From assembly GCF_020745735.1 (NCBI RefSeq), contig NC_083417.1, positions 64,108,001 through 64,172,000 of the forward strand: 64,000 nucleotides of DNA. Direction: 5' to 3'. Under the pieces are notes generated by a model, which had not been told where the DNA came from, searched no databases, and worked only from the letters and a program-made list of their open reading frames with translations. Made by a program: the position numbers and the translations under genes. Positions 25,689 to 40,424 of the stretch are shown here, piece after piece (position 1 is the stretch's first letter; every line of letters begins with the position of its first letter). The DNA comes from Hemiscyllium ocellatum (Eukaryota).

Positions 25689-26231
25689 TGTTACAACTGG
25701 CCAAACCACTTAGTTTTAAACAAAACAGAATTTTTTTCAAGATACCGAACGATATACAAATGAAATTGAACAGAATACAGAATGACTTAACCTATCTGAA
25801 AACCCAACAGCTTATCCCAACTTAATGATGATGTTCAAATTTCTGCAAGAATCACATAAACACACCTTGACAACAAATGTAAAATCAAGCATACTTTCCA
25901 ACAGGAGAGAGATGGGAAAGAAATTCAGCATGGAACACCTCCTTCCGTTTAACTGTTTCCAGGACCAGCAGTCACAAAACTGATTGATTATCAGCTCTCT
26001 GAACATCCATACTGCGAAAAGAAACCCTCCAAACCCAACCAAACCGAGCCAGAGTAAAGCTGAGTTGGGAGAACTGGTCATTCCTCTTTGATTGTGCAAG
26101 TGTTTTGTTTTAAAATTTGATGTCTTCCTCAGGTAGATCAGCCCTAGATATTTTGGAACCTGTGTCTTTACGACCTCCTAAAAAAAAGGACCACCACCAC
26201 CTAACCTTGATAAAAGAGAAGCATTGTCACA
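25689..26231. mobile_element. Solo LTR (Gypsy-type)
   Basis: 543 bp bounded by TGTTACAA...TTGTCACA imperfect inverted termini (TG..CA). No coding interior, no clear TSD. Confidence 0.6.
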
Positions 26232-26299
26232 GATGGTATTTTTGGAGCAGCTTGTGGTAAAACATACTGTGCCGTTAGGGTATTGTGGCATTTTAATGG

Positions 26300-28140
26300 G
26301 CTTCTGACGTTGAGGTGTTCAGTCACAATCCCACAGATGGTAGGTTCGCACTATGCATTCAGATGGTACTGGCTTTGTTGACATGTATTGAGGCTGAATT
26401 GATTAAGGTTCTTAAGGTGTCTAAAACCCTAGGTGTGGGGTGGGAGGGGGGAGGCTACAATATGATAGCATTCACCCTGCAGTTTGAGAGGAGGAAACTA
26501 GAGTCAAATATGACGGTGTTACAATTGAGTAACAGTATTTGCAAAGACGTGAAGGAGGAGTTTTCCAGACTTGATTGGAAGGGATCCTAGCAGGGAAGAT
26601 AGTGGAGCAGCAATGGTAGGAGCCGAGGGGTTAATTTAGGAGGCACAGCAGAAATTCATGCCAAAAAGAAGAAACAGACTAAGGGAAGGGCGAGGCATCA
26701 ATGGAACACAATGTAAACCAGGCACACCAAAAAAGCTAAAGTAAAAACACGCAATGTGGTGAAGATGAATGACAAGCCAAAGGACCAAGAAACCTTTAAG
26801 AACATAACAAATGACAACTGCAAATACAATCGGGGGGAGAAGATGAAATGTAGCGACCAGCTAGGTAGCAATACAAAATGAAATTTTAGCAGATTTTTCT
26901 TTGATGTATAAAATGCAAGGGGAAGGCAAGAGAGGAAAATGAAGGTAAATAAAGAACAATGGGAACAAAGAAATAATTGAATGATCTAAATTGATACTTT
27001 GCATCAGTCTTCATGGTGAAAGACACCAGTATCATAGCAGAACTCCAAGAGAGTCAGGGGTAAAAGGTAAGTGTAGCGGCCATTACCATAGGGACGGTGA
27101 TGGCGAAACTGAAATGTCAGAAGGTGGATCAATCACCATGACCAGATGGGTTACACCATTCTGAAGAGGATAGCTCAGGAAATTGTGGTGATCTTGCAGG
27201 AACACTGGAGACACCAACAATCCCAGGGGACTCGAAAATGAGTAATGTAATATTCGCTTTTAAGAGGGAAGGGAGACAGACAATGTGAAATTATTAGCTG
27301 ATTAAAGTCCATTACTAACAGCTTGAAGTCCATAAAGAAAAATGATATGATTAACTAGAACCGAGTAGCCACAGTTTCGTCAAATGGAGGTTATGTCTGG
27401 AAAACTTTGGTAAAATTCTCTACAGGCTGGAACAAGTTCGACAAAAGGCAGTCAGTGTTCTTGATCTATTTGGATTATCAGGAAGCTTTTGACAGTGTGC
27501 TGCACAAGCAGATAATAAATAAGACAAGATCCATGCTATTAGGGGCAAGGTACTGGGATAGTACTTTCCAGCACTGAACTCTCGACTATAACCATTTATG
27601 TTATACATAAACAGTCCAAACAAAGGAACTGAGGGCATTGACGCTACGTTTGCAGACAACACCAAGATGAATAAAGCGGCAGGTACTATTGAGGAAACAG
27701 CGTGGCTCTAGAAGGACTTCCAAATGCCAGGACAGTGGGGAAAGAGGGAGATGGATTACAATATCAAAAGTGTGAGGTTATGCAGAATAGCAAGTTTTGA
27801 AAATTTGAAGCACAAGGGATTTAGGAGTCCTAGTTCAGGGTTTTCATGAGGTTAACATGTAGCTTTAATTGCCAATAGAAAGGCTCATGCAATATAAGCA
27901 CTAACGTAGAGAGGGCTGGCATACAAAAGCAGCGATGTACTGCTGAAGCTCTACAAGGTTCTGGTCAGAGCACATATTGAATATTGTGAGATGTTTGTGT
28001 ACCCCATTTCGAATGAATGATGTGCTGGAATTGGAGTGGGTTCAGAGGAGGTTCCCAGCAATGATCTCGGGAATGAATGACTTGTAAGATGAGGAGTGAT
28101 TAGGGAGGTTTTGCTCTGTACTTGATGGAGTTTAGAAGGA
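26300..28140 (+). mobile_element. Degraded CR1 LINE ORF2
   Basis: EN/RT remnants, e.g. ggaagcttttgacagtgtgctgcac (AFDxVPH) and tttgcagacaacaccaag (FADDTK). Confidence 0.75.
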
Positions 28141-28164
28141 AGGGTCTAGGGGTTCTGGTTCTCA

Positions 28165-28747
28165 ACGTCTCTTCTTCCTCAGGCAACTGAGAAAATTTGG
28201 CATGGTGGTGAATGCCCTTGCCAACTTTTATAGGTGCTACATCGAGGGCATTCTGTCTGGATATCTCCGTATCACTATCTGGTATGGCAACTGTATCATT
28301 CACGATCAGAGATGGTCACAGCGAGTGGTGAACTCGGAACAGACAATCACAAAGGCCAACCTCCCATCTATAGAATCCATCTACCAGGCCCGCAATTAAG
28401 GAAAGGCCACAAGCATTCTCAAAGATCCACCCCATCCTGACAATGCTTTTCTACAACCTCTTCCATCGGTGAGAAGTTGCAAAAGATTGAACACACGCAC
28501 CAGCGTGTTTTGAAACAGTTTCTACCCTACTGTTGTTAGAATATTGAATTTATTCACAAACTCTTAGCATTTGTCTGTACCTGTGTTTTGGTTTTTGCTG
28601 CTATTTACCTATTATTTTCTGATCTATGATATGTAACTATGTGATCTGCTTGTATTGCTCACAAGATAAAGCTTTTCACAGTACCTTGGTACACGTGACA
28701 ATAAATGTAATACATGAAATTCATTCATTCAATTCAATTCATTCATT
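28165..28747 (+). mobile_element. Rex1/Babar-like LINE 3' fragment
   Basis: FFLRQLRKFG...NFYRCYIEGILSG..ITIWYGNC motif. Ends in an (ATTC/AATTC)n tail. Confidence 0.75.
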
Positions 28748-29419
28748 GTGCGGAGAGAACATAAGTGTCTGACAGACTTAATTAAGTTTTCGGAGGAAAT
28801 AACCAAGAAGATTGATGAGGGCAGAGCAGTAACTCCGTCAGTGAGGGGGATTGTACGACAAATGTGGAATATAAATAACCTCTGAAGAGCACCAGCTTGA
28901 CATCGAGGAAGTAAACAATGCCAACTTCACAACTTAAATAAATGGAACTAAATAGCGATGATAGAGAAAATTGAAATTAATTCACACATAAAAAAAAGGG
29001 AGGAGGGACAGAGACAAATGATAAGGTAAAAGTGGAATGAGAATATGTTTCGTAAAACCTTAGTAGTTTCGGCAGGCTTATTGAGATGTGAACGCAATTG
29101 AAATTCAGTTTTATTATGGAATTTGAATGGAGGCTGCTTTATTAAGTAGAAGAGGTAATTTAGATATATTTAGTGTCAGGGCAATGCATTTCATTTCAGA
29201 ATCAATCTCCTGTTTAAAACACACTTGAATGGGATGTGTGATAGTAGATGCAGATCGGAGGTCATTGTAATAGGTCAAAGGGGAGTACGGAGTCTATAGG
29301 TGAATAGGGAAATGGACAGATAGGCAAGGTCAAGAAGGCTGTGATGAATTACTGAGTTGGATCTAAGATGTGGTAAGGGCTAGGAGATATGGAAACTGGT
29401 GAAGTCAATGTTTAAACCG

Positions 29420-30110
29420 TGTGATTGCAGGGTCCTAAGACAGAAGACAAGGTGCTTTTTCTCCGCCTCATTTACTGCATCTTTTGCTCTCGATGTGGTC
29501 TCCAGCATATCAGGGAGACTGACTTCCAACTCATGGAACTGTTCAGCGATCATCTCTGGCCTGCATGCTCAAAACAACCCCACCACCCTGTGGCCAACCA
29601 CTTAAACACACCCTCCCTCTCCCCCACATTCATGCAAATCCTGGGCCTCCTCCACCTCCAAATCAAAGCCACCCACCGATTGGGGGAAGATCACCTTATT
29701 TTCCACCTGAGAACCATACAACCACGCAGCGTTAACATTGACTTCATAAATTTCCATATCTCCCCACACCCCAGTTCATCCCAGATCCAACCCTCCAACT
29801 TGGAAATGCCCTCTTGACATGACCTACTTGTCAATCTTCCTTCTCACCTATCTACTCCACCCTCCTCACTGACATAATCGCCTCCTACCTGCATCCACCT
29901 ATCGCTATCTCATCTACCCTTGCACCAGCCCCACCCAAACCTCAATTTATGTCTGAGCCCCCTTCTCTCTTCAGATTTCTGATGAAGAGTTAAGGCCCAA
30001 AACATCGAATCTCCACCTCCGCGTTGTTGCCTGACGTGTTGTCCATTTTCCAGTGCCACACTTTTCGACTGTGACTCTCCAGCATCTGCGACCCTCACTG
30101 CATCCAACTG
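29420..30110 (+). mobile_element. Penelope-like element 3' fragment
   Basis: YCIFCSRCGLQHIRETDFQLMELFSDHL (GIY-YIG remnant), followed by the terminal repeat ending ccagcatctgcgaccctcact. Confidence 0.82.
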
Positions 30111-31379
30111 GAGAGATTATAATCATTTCCCCCTGCAGTCCAATACGTTAAACATCACTGAAATCTTCACAAACTGCATCCTTGGGGTTTTCATTGGCCA
30201 GAATTTGAAGTGACCCAAACATACAATCGCTATGTTAACAAAAACATCTGTGCAGTGCAAATTAGGGATATTTGTTGAAACGTTGGGCAAATCAGAAAAT
30301 TCAACTTCTACTGTCCATAACCTTACACACTATCACACAATTTCCAGCGTGTATCTTTCCTCGACCCCTATTAATGTTATGAAACCATGTACACTCCCAC
30401 AAAAGTTAAAAAGAGGATGCGGATATGAAACAAAATTATTTCCCAGTTCACGAAAGCATTTCTAAGTTTCCTAGTTTTAAGTTACCATTTGATCTAGTAC
30501 CCTAATTTCCTTTTGTCAGAACCTATGAATCTTATTTACCATTTCAATACAAACTACAGACACTAAATGGAGACAGTTTGGAAGTGCACATAATGGGAGA
30601 ATTCTAATGGAATCAACGTGATTTGTTTCTGATGTGTCATTAATTGTACCAATAGTAAATGCTTAACTCCAGAATAAATCACTTTTGCAAAACCAAAATC
30701 GGTCTCTATTGTGAAAAAACAGTCCATCCATGTGCCGCCTATCTCACTCCACTTCTGACACAAACACAAAAATGTGCACAGCCTGTGCACTCCTGGCACA
30801 AATAGACAAAAAACAGAGAGAGAAAAAGCTGAGATAGATATATTCTTGATCAGAGAGGGTGGGGTCTGGAGTTTATATAAATAGATAACAAAGTGGACCT
30901 AATGAATGTTGAATCAGCTATGATCCTATTGAGTGGCAGAGCAGGCTCGAGGGCCGAATAGCCTCCACCTGTTCCTATTTCTTACAGTCGTTTGCTCCAA
31001 AAGCAATGTCGTCACTTTCAATTAAATGTAAACAGGAAACGATATTATATTGTTTCCCTTCAATTTGAGAAGAAAAGACTGAACCATTTTAGAATGTCGG
31101 TAAATTTCTATAACTGTATTTTAGCAATGCCATTGTGACCTTTAAATGCCATTTACAACAACTGCAATAATTACCTGTCTTCACAGTCACATTAACAAAA
31201 GTATTCATTCCGTTTTCAGTGTTTTGACACTAAACATTCTATTCAACTTTTTAACAACAGTAAAACAATGAACGTCATGAAACAGCCACATAAGAAATAC
31301 ACTACAGTGATGCTGAAACATAAATCCAACACAGGAAGTTCCCCACAATGATATTTCTTTTATATTGTTAAACATGTTA

Positions 31380-31693
31380 GGCGGCACGGTGGCACAGTGG
31401 TTAGCACTGCTGCCTCACAGTGCCTGTAGACCCGGGTTCAATTCCCGACTCAGGCGACTGACTGTGTGGAGTTTGCACGTTCTCCCCGTGTCTGCGTGGG
31501 TTTCCTCCGGGTGCTCCGGTTTCCTCCCACAGTCCAAAGATGTGCGTGTCAGGTGAATTGGCCAAGCTAAATTGCCCGTAGTGTTAGGTAAGGGGTAAAT
31601 GTAGGGGTATGGGTGGGTTGCGCTTCGGCGGGTCGGTGTGGACTTGTTGGGCTGAAGGGCCTGTTTCCACACTGTAAGTCTAGTCTAATCTAA
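31380..31693 (+). mobile_element. Full-length young shark SINE (HE1-like)
   Basis: Pol III A box TGGCACAGTGG, B box GGTTCAATTCC, (CTAAT)n tail. Nearly identical to the copies at 48972 and 52053. Confidence 0.93.
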
Positions 31694-34600
31694 TAAAATA
31701 ATGTTTGACTGACAGTTTGCACTCGTATTGTTTTGCTCTGATTTTCTGCTTCTTTTTGTTGTATTTCGGTTTCTGATCAACCCTTTAAACAATAGCTCCC
31801 AGTTAAACACATGAAACAATCACCACCAACACATGAATTTATGGAACAACCAAGATATCTATGGAACTCCAGATTTCTCAGGATTGAAAACAAAGCTGAA
31901 GAAAATTTAAAAGAAGAAAAAAGGCGAGTGCATTTCAGTATGTTGTAAGACTGTTACTGCTGCATTAGCTTCTATATTTTGTAAATACAACAATCCATAA
32001 TGTGTAAACTCAATTAAAATACATATTGTTCGTCGTTAATAATCAAACATGCCTGCTGTTTGCTTTGAAATTGCAAATCTCAGGCTTTGATTTGAGTCAA
32101 AACAGAAATTTCTTGAGAAACTCAGCAGGTCTGGCACAATCTTTGGAGAGAAAGTAATTTTCCATACAGTGACCTTTTATTTGTTTCTCATTGATTTGTG
32201 TGTTGCCAGATTATTAGGACTTGCTTTCAAATGAAAGCAATTCTAAAGGCGTTTGGAGCAGCAAAAAACTAGAACATTAAAGCAAAGCAGAAAAGTCTTG
32301 AGGTGAATACATCTAAGGCCTGCGTTAGCATGGATGCCTTATCATCTCCAGAATATTCCATAATTACCAATACTAAGCGATGAATTATTTGAGATGTATA
32401 TTATGTTGCAAAGTTGGCTAGAGTACTTTACACTGGGAGGCAGCAACCTGGAGTTTTCTGTTTGTAAAGTGCTGGTGGAAAGGATTGTGAGGTCACCTAA
32501 AATGGTGTTTGTTATCTGCTTAGAGGTTTACGATAAATGGCTGAAAGCAAAAGTTTGGAAATAGGCAGAGAACTCACAATGTAAACATTTTGTATCGAAA
32601 GACCATACAGTTAGTAGGTCAAGTTTTTCTTTAACCAAGACAACGAGTTTTTGAATTTAGCCAATCATTTTGAAACAGGTGCTTAGATACTGAAAACCTG
32701 TTAAATTTAAATCTGAAGGCTTTGACAGCATAGAACTAATTCTATTACAAGAAATATTGATATGTCATCGCAGGTATAAAAGAAGAGAGCAACTAGACAA
32801 AGACTCCAGAGATAACTGCCATTCATCAGAGCTTAGCAGATGTTAGCATGGCCTAGTGGTGTGAGGCGCTGGATCCAGGTTCCAGTCTTCTAAGAAGACA
32901 TGGGCTCTTATAGGTGGCTCAGCAATTAGCACTGTTCCTCATAGCACCAGGGTCCCAGGTTTGATTCCAAACTCAAGTGACTATCTGCGTGGAGTTTGCA
33001 CATGCTCCCCGTGTCTGCGTGTGTTTCATCCCACAGTCCAAAGATATGCAGATTAGGTGAATTGGGCCTGCTTAAATTGTCAATTAGATGCGTTACTCAG
33101 AGGGAAAATGGGTTTGGGTGGATTAGTCTTCGCAGGGTACGTGTGGGTCTATTCCCACACTGTTGGGAATCTAACAGTCCTCAGCTCAAGAGAGAATCGC
33201 TGTCTCTCACAACCATCTACCTTTTCAAACAAAGCACCATCAAAATAGCAACAGTACCCATAACAGAGAAGGCATTCTTGACAGAAGAATCGATGAAGAA
33301 AGCACAGAACATTCCGGAGGACACGTGACCTGGCTGTAATTGTAAGAGTGTAACTTGTGTTTATAAGAAGAGCATGCCATTAGAATGTTACTTTATTAAG
33401 GAATAGTTAGCAGTTAGAAATATTTATTCAGTTTGTTAATAGCTAAGCTAATTTATTCACTATTAGAGTTAGATAAATAAATTGTTACTGGTTGATTTTA
33501 AAGTGGTGGCAGGGGTTTATTTTATTTAACTACTGGGTACTGCTGAAAGGCAGGTTATCCCACTTTCCATACTTTTCTTACACATTTGGGGGCAAGTATC
33601 TTTTCTTCAGTTGTTTTGGTCTGAGTTCTCAGGAAGGATTGGCTTCTGTTTTGTAACAGATTCGAGGCTTGGTTCCATCATTTAGACGGATTTGGACATA
33701 CTTTAACCGATTTATGTTAGGAAATATCCAGCAAATTTGAACAGACTTGGAGTCTAGTATCCTTGATCTTTGAATAAAACTTAAGTGAGAAGTGGAAAAT
33801 CTGTACAATTTGCGTTGCTTCTTGTTGGTCAAATCAAAACTGGGAAATGGCTCTTGACATTGCTAAAGAGTTTGAGGGTGGCAAAGATGCTTCCTAAATT
33901 TGCCAAGAAAGTTTAGGAATGCAGAAAAAGGGGGAATTTGTACAATTAACAAACTGGCTAAAATTGTGTTGAGCTAATGACAACACGAAAGTGGAAATTT
34001 TAACTGAGTTAGCCAAGCATTTAGATATACCAAAGAAACAGTCAAGAGTAGTGGAGTTAGAAAAATAAACGGAACAATTGAGTTAGAAAGTAAACTTAAA
34101 AGGGAAAAAGAGAGAGAAGAAAGGGGACTGAAACAAATTGAATTGCTGTTAAATGAAGAAAGAGAAATGGAAATTACTGCTTAGCAGAACAAAGAGAAAA
34201 GAAAAGAGAAAGACGTTTTTGAATTATCATTAAACGCCAAAGAAAGGGAAAGACTGTTTGAGTTGGAAAAGATTAAGTTGGGACTTGAAGCAAAAAGACT
34301 TCAAATGACAGACATAACAGGTCAAGATAGAAACGATGATGAGCAAACTCATCGTAGCCAACAGCCTGGTAGGGATAAATAGAAATATATCTAAACATTG
34401 CTAAAATTCTATGAAAATGATCCAGAGGCGTTTTTCATTTCTTTGCATACATGAAATGTCCAGACATCATGTAGGTAATGTTAATTCGGATCAAGTTGTT
34501 AGGCAATGCCGGTGAAGTGTTTGTAGCACTGTCAGGAGCATCTGAAGGAGTGAAAAGGCTATTTTGAGGGCCTACTAATTAGTGCAGGAGCTTTTAGATA

Positions 34601-37144
34601 GCGTTTCAGACATGTAAGAAAGGAACCAGTTGAGACTTGTGTTAACTTTGAAAGAATTAAACACTGCAACTTTGAGAGATGGATGAGAGCATGAAAGATA
34701 GAAAAAACAAAACGAGGCTCTTAGAAATAATATTCTGCTGGAGGAGTTTAAAAGCTCACTTCAAGAAGTAATAAGAATTCATGTTGAGGAACAGAAACTT
34801 AAAACATCAAGAACTGCAGAGATGGTGAATGAATATACATTAGTGCATAAATCAAAATCTATCTTCCAACAGTAATTTCATTCCGTTAAAGATGCCAATT
34901 GGAAAGAGGGAGATCCTTCAATTAAAAACGAAAAATAGATCACATTGGGACAGTTTACCGCATGTGAAAAAATGAACACCATGAGGGTGGAAAAGAGGCA
35001 AAAGAACTACAGTGTTTTCACTGCAGTAACGTGGGGCAAACAAAGTCGCAGTGCCGGTGGTTTAAGAAAGGCACTAACAAAATGGATGTGGCAAAAGAGG
35101 CTAAAACAGTGGGATTAGTTAAAGTAGCAAAGGAAATCCGACGAAAAGTTGAGGAGCTGCAGGAGAATGCAGAACCTAGTCAAGGGCTGGATAGTAAGAT
35201 AGTGTTCGATTTTTTAAAGATCTCGCCTTGGTGGATAATATTTACTGAGGTAGAACGAGGCCACAGGTGAAGAAGTCAAAACACTGAGAGATATAGGAGC
35301 TTGTCTGTCTCTAATAGTCAAAGATGAAAATACTTGTACTTCTTCTGAAAGTTTTCCCAAGAGAGTGGTCATCTATAGAATAAATGGAGACAGGAGTTAT
35401 GTTCCCCGGTGTAAGATAATGTCAAAAAGTCCATTCAAGACTGGGAAGTGATAGTGGGAGAGATGGACAAATTGGCTATTCCAGGAATCCAGTTTAACCT
35501 TGGAAATGATATCGCAGAATCACGGGTGGGAGTGATGCCCATTCTATTGGAAAAGCCAAAAGCAAACCAGCGAACTGAAGAGTTAAATAGAAAAATATTC
35601 TGTCTGCTGAGACAGTAAAGGAAAAACCTAAGCAGATAGAGGATCAGGCAGAGATGTTTCGCTTTGCTTATATGTATACACATGAGGCTGTTTTAAAAGT
35701 GACCAGTGTAATGAAAGAGAGTGGTCAGCTCTCTAGCTGAACTGAGCAGATTTAGTTCAGTCTTGAACTGAGACGTTCAACAGGGAGCTATGTGGAAGCT
35801 CTCTCTCCTTCTACCCTTCAACTTCAACCTGTAAGCATGTGCTCCATAAGCACTGATTTTAAAGTAAGTTTACTTATTGGGACAGTTGTGTATGTGCTGA
35901 ACAGTATAATTAAGTCTAGTTGAATAGGCTAAGTTCTGTAGGCGTTCTTTATTCTGTTCTTTGTGTTTCATTGTGTACCTTTGTGAATTTTTTTTTCTGT
36001 TTTAAAATCTAATCGTCAACGTAGCTAACGTACTCCAGATAATTTTCACTGTACAGTTACTGAAACAAATTGCAAAGTTATGTTCTGGTGCTGCCTGCTT
36101 AAGAATGTTTGGAGTTGTCTGGCCTAGACCATAACACCAACGAATTTGAAGATGAAGTCCATCAAGAAGTTTCCAACACCATTCTCGAAGAACGCTGTTT
36201 CTGTGCAAACAACGGATCATAAATGGTTGTGTACACCAATCACAAACGTTAACATTTCTGGAAAAAATTAAGGATAAGAACATTAGATTATTTTGTTGGA
36301 GTGTCATGTTACAATCATTGAATTTACAGATTATACACGTTGAGAGTCGTGAAAATATAATTGCAGATGATGAGAGCGAGTTTGTGTGTTATAAAGTTGA
36401 AGGTGTGCACTGTACCTTTAAGAGAGAGGCAATGCTGCTCTGAACTGAGAGCTTACAAGTACCCGTGCATATGTCTAATTGGCAGTCCTAGAGTCTACAG
36501 GATAATTGCAAATATGTAGCATGTGGCTGTGAAATGGATACCTGAGTTTTGGTTGATGTTTAGACAACAATTCGAATTTAAGTAAACAGTTAAATTGTGC
36601 CCCAGTACACGAAAACTCAGTCGTGTTTGAATTTATTGTTTTGCCAACATTGAACCAATAAATCAATCGATTTTTGGGATATAAGAATGCAGACATTTTA
36701 AAAATGTGGTAGAGGTAACTGCTGTAGAGAGTGAAAATCCTGGAGAAGTAATTTCCAATCTCAACGAAATATTCACTATCAATGGGACCTTTTCATGGAA
36801 ACATGCTCTCAATAAAAAGAAAGTAGATGGCCCAAAGAGACAGCAGCTGGAAGAGTGAAGACACAGAAGAAGGCAGAGACTGTGTTGTTTTCAAATTAAG
36901 TTCATACCGTTTCAATAAATCACTTATTGAACCAGCATATTGTTATAGAGTGGGAGGCAGATAGTAAGCACTTAAGAGAAAGTAGGCCTTAGATTTATGA
37001 ATAGGTGTAGTTTAATTTTCACTTTTAGAGTTAGAAAATAAATTGAACGTATTTCCTTTAAATAGTGGAATTTGGGAGTTCTCTGTCACTCATATGTTAA
37101 CAAATTACGAGGAGTTTGTCTCTGCGTCACAAATATGGAGGGAT

Positions 37145-37280
37145 GTCATTCCTGATGAAGGGCTCCTGCCCAAAACGTCGATTTTCGGGCTCCTCAGATG
37201 CTGCCTGACCTGCTGTGCTTTTCCAGCACCATCCTAATCTTGACTCTGATCTCCAGCATCTGCAGTCCTCACTTTCTGCG
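37145..37280 (+). mobile_element. Penelope terminal-repeat fragment
   Basis: cattcctgatgaagggctcctgcccaaaacgtcgattttc...ccagcatctgcagtcctcact. Confidence 0.7.
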
Positions 37281-38339
37281 CTAAAATATGCTACTCCAGA
37301 TTAATGAGTTATGGATTTTGTAATGTAATGGCGTTAATGTTTTGAAAGAAAAAGCATGAAGCAATCTTTTCATAATACCGGTTTATTTTTTTCTTAAGTT
37401 AGATGCTGTGGCGAAGTTAGGTAGAGTCCTTACAAGTTAGGAGACAGGACGCTACAATTTGGTGTTTGAAAAGTGCTGAGGGGGAAAGGATTGCGAGTTC
37501 CCTTTAAAAATGTCGTTTTTGTTTCTGTGCCTCGAGATTTACAATAGCTGTCGGTAAGTGAACAGAGAACGCAAATTGAAACATTTTGTATTGAAAGGCT
37601 GTACAGTTAGCCGACCAAGCAACAGCTTTTACCGAGTCAACAAGCTTTTGAATTTAGCCAAACAATTTGAACGAGGTACTTAGACACTATAAACTTGTTA
37701 CATCTGATGGTTTTGATAACATAGAACCAATCCTGTTATAGATTCATTGAGACGTACAGCACAGAAACAGACCCTTTGGTCCAGCTCATCCATGCAGACG
37801 GCCTATCCTAAATTATTTTGGTCCCATTGTTCATACTCGGCCCATATCCCTCTCAAAGCTTCCTGTTCATATACTCATCCAGATGCCTTTCAAATGTTGT
37901 AATTGTACCAGCCTCCATCACTTCCTTTGGCAGTTCATTCCATACATGCATTCCATACTTCTTTGTGTGAAAAAAATTTGCCCCTTTGGTCCCTTTTAAA
38001 TTTTTCCCCTTTCACCCTAAACCTATGCCCCCTAGTACTAGAGTCCCCACTCAAGTGAAAAGGCCTTGTCTATTTACCCTATCCCTGACTCTCATGATTT
38101 TATAAACCTTTGTAAGGTCACCCCTCAGCCTCCGACGCTCCAGATAAAACAGTCCCAAACTATTCAGCCTCTTCCTATAGTTCAGACCTTCAAACCCTGG
38201 CAACATCCTTGTAAATCTTTTCTGAGCCCATTCAAGTATCACATCATCCTTCCCTTAGGAGGTTAGCTAAGATTGTTACTCCTGAAAATGGCCTCAATCC
38301 TGTACCTTCGGTCCATGTCATATTAAAGGTGATCCAACT

Positions 38340-38640
38340 ACAATATACACTCTGTCACACACGCAATCACACACAAACACACATCCACACTCACCTTTAA
38401 CATACTTACATAGTATTGCAGACACTGTCTCATCCACACATTCTCTTTCTGACACATACACACGCACGCGCACACACACGCACACACATCACACTCACAT
38501 CCGTATGCACACCCTCTCACAGGCTTATACACAATCACATTCATGCACAATCCTATCAAGCATGCACACGTGCACGCCCTCCCTGCGCTGATACGCACGC
38601 ATACACTCACATTCAATCTTGATCCCACACACTCTTACAC
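38340..38640. repeat. Degenerate (CA)-rich low-complexity tract
   Basis: About 300 bp of cacacacg/catacac variants. Confidence 0.8.
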
Positions 38641-40424
38641 CTTTTAAAAATATTGATAAGTCATTACAGGTGTAAAAGAAGGGGCAATTAGTTAAAGACC
38701 CCATAGCTAACTGCCATCCGCCAGAGCTAACAGCCCGCAGCTCAAGAGAGAATCGCTGTCTCTCACAATCATCTATGTCTTAGAAAACGCACCACCTGAA
38801 TAATGACTGATGGGGACGCTATTCCTGCCAAAAGAATCGACAGTGAAAGTGTTCCTGACAGAAGAATCTGTGGAGAAGGCACAAAATATTCCGAAAGTCA
38901 TATAAACTGCCTGTAATTTCGAGAGACCAAATTCTTTATATATAGTTGATTGGTATTTTTTGCAACAACATACCATTAGAATCTTGCTTTGTTCAGGAAT
39001 GGTTAATAGTTAGAAGGGATTTATTAGGTTTGTTAACAGTTTAACTAATTTACTCATTGTTACTGGTTAATCTTAAAGTGAGTGGCAGGGACTTACTGAA
39101 GTTGCTGAAAGACTGATTACACCACGATTCACATTCTTTTTACAGAATACAGGGCGAGGTGTCCCTCTTTGGGTGTTTTTGTTTTGGTTCACAAACGAAG
39201 ATCAATTTCCACTTGCAATGCAGTAGAGAGTCAGAATGTTAAGTGAATTGTAAGGAAGGTAGGTTAACGATTCCAGTTATAACACACTGAGCATTGTATC
39301 TATGGATACTAGAAGAGGATATATATACATGCCCTCCTATTTGATCTAAGTTTTCTGGTTTCATTATTCATAAAGTGAATAAACATTTTATAATCTTAGA
39401 ACAACACAACAGATATCAAGGATGGACGTTCCAAATGTATGCAGTCTACTCTCGACATGTGAAGCATCTTCTCATCGTTGTTTATGACCTAATACACGTC
39501 TCTTTTATAAGCAATTATTCATTCTTGGCTGGCTCTTAACAATTTTGGGCAAAGGACATCCATATCTTTTTCTCCGACCAATCTCGGTGGAACAAGCACT
39601 TTGGTCACGCCCAAACATATTGTTTCAGATTTCTTTAAAATTGCCGTGGTGCAGCATGATCTTCAAGATGATTGGATATCTCATCGTAGTACTTCGTATC
39701 ACATCTCCAAATCCATTTTTACGTTCAGGCTGAAATAAGAACAAACTCAGTAAATGACGATGTTTCCTTCCTTGCCTTAAATTGAATCACTTCAAAAATG
39801 TGGTTTTATTTCATTATTATATAGCTGGCAATCAAGCTGTTATTTTGGTTGAGCGTTACCTCAATGGTATTGTCAGAGAAACCACCAAATGCAGAGACAA
39901 GGCCCTTCACTTTTCTTGTTTATGGTATGATAACTTCATGTCAACACCATTTACCAATGTCCCGCTGTTCTTCCACACAACTAGAATGCCTTTTGCTTTA
40001 CATACGAATTTTGTTCCTGTTTAGGACTTAAAGAATTGTATTTTCTAATTTCCTGTTGTTGCGTGTAGCCACTTTAGGCCTTTGGACTAATCAATCGTGC
40101 TTAAAGTACGTATTGATGTAAATAAAACGTGTTTTTTTTTGAATACTGTATTAGAAATTGTGATGATAGAATTTCCCGAATGTGGTCAATCGGTTTATAA
40201 TAAATAATTCAATAAGCAGCACGATCTTTGTGATCTGCCTCAACACACCCATCTTTCCGAGCTGTCATTTCATTCATTGTCTCTCGTGTCTCCTAACCAA
40301 ATCCCTATACTTTGGCACACATTCCTCGTACTTCCAGGTGCCTGTGTGCAATGTGGCACAAGACCACATTTGTTTAGTGCATCTTCTGCATTTCATTTCT
40401 TTGTCTTATCTTTAGTGAATTTTG

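Larger units (their letters stand above)
32404..39220 (+). mobile_element. Decayed, internally deleted Gypsy (Gmr1-like) element with two LTRs and nested insertions
   Basis: 5' LTR about 32404-33658 (TGTTGCAA...TTGTAACA) aligns in two blocks with the 3' LTR about 37407-39220. Interior has gag (ILLEEFKSSL..IRIHVEEQK), protease (LRDIGA) and an RNase H end (36160-36380). Nested: SINE about 32925-33160, CR1 tail about 37740-38270, CA-rich tract. Confidence 0.75.

Noticed and set aside
31380-31450. tRNA-like A/B boxes
   Set aside because: SINE head. It continues into the SINE body and has no complete cloverleaf, so it is not a tRNA gene.
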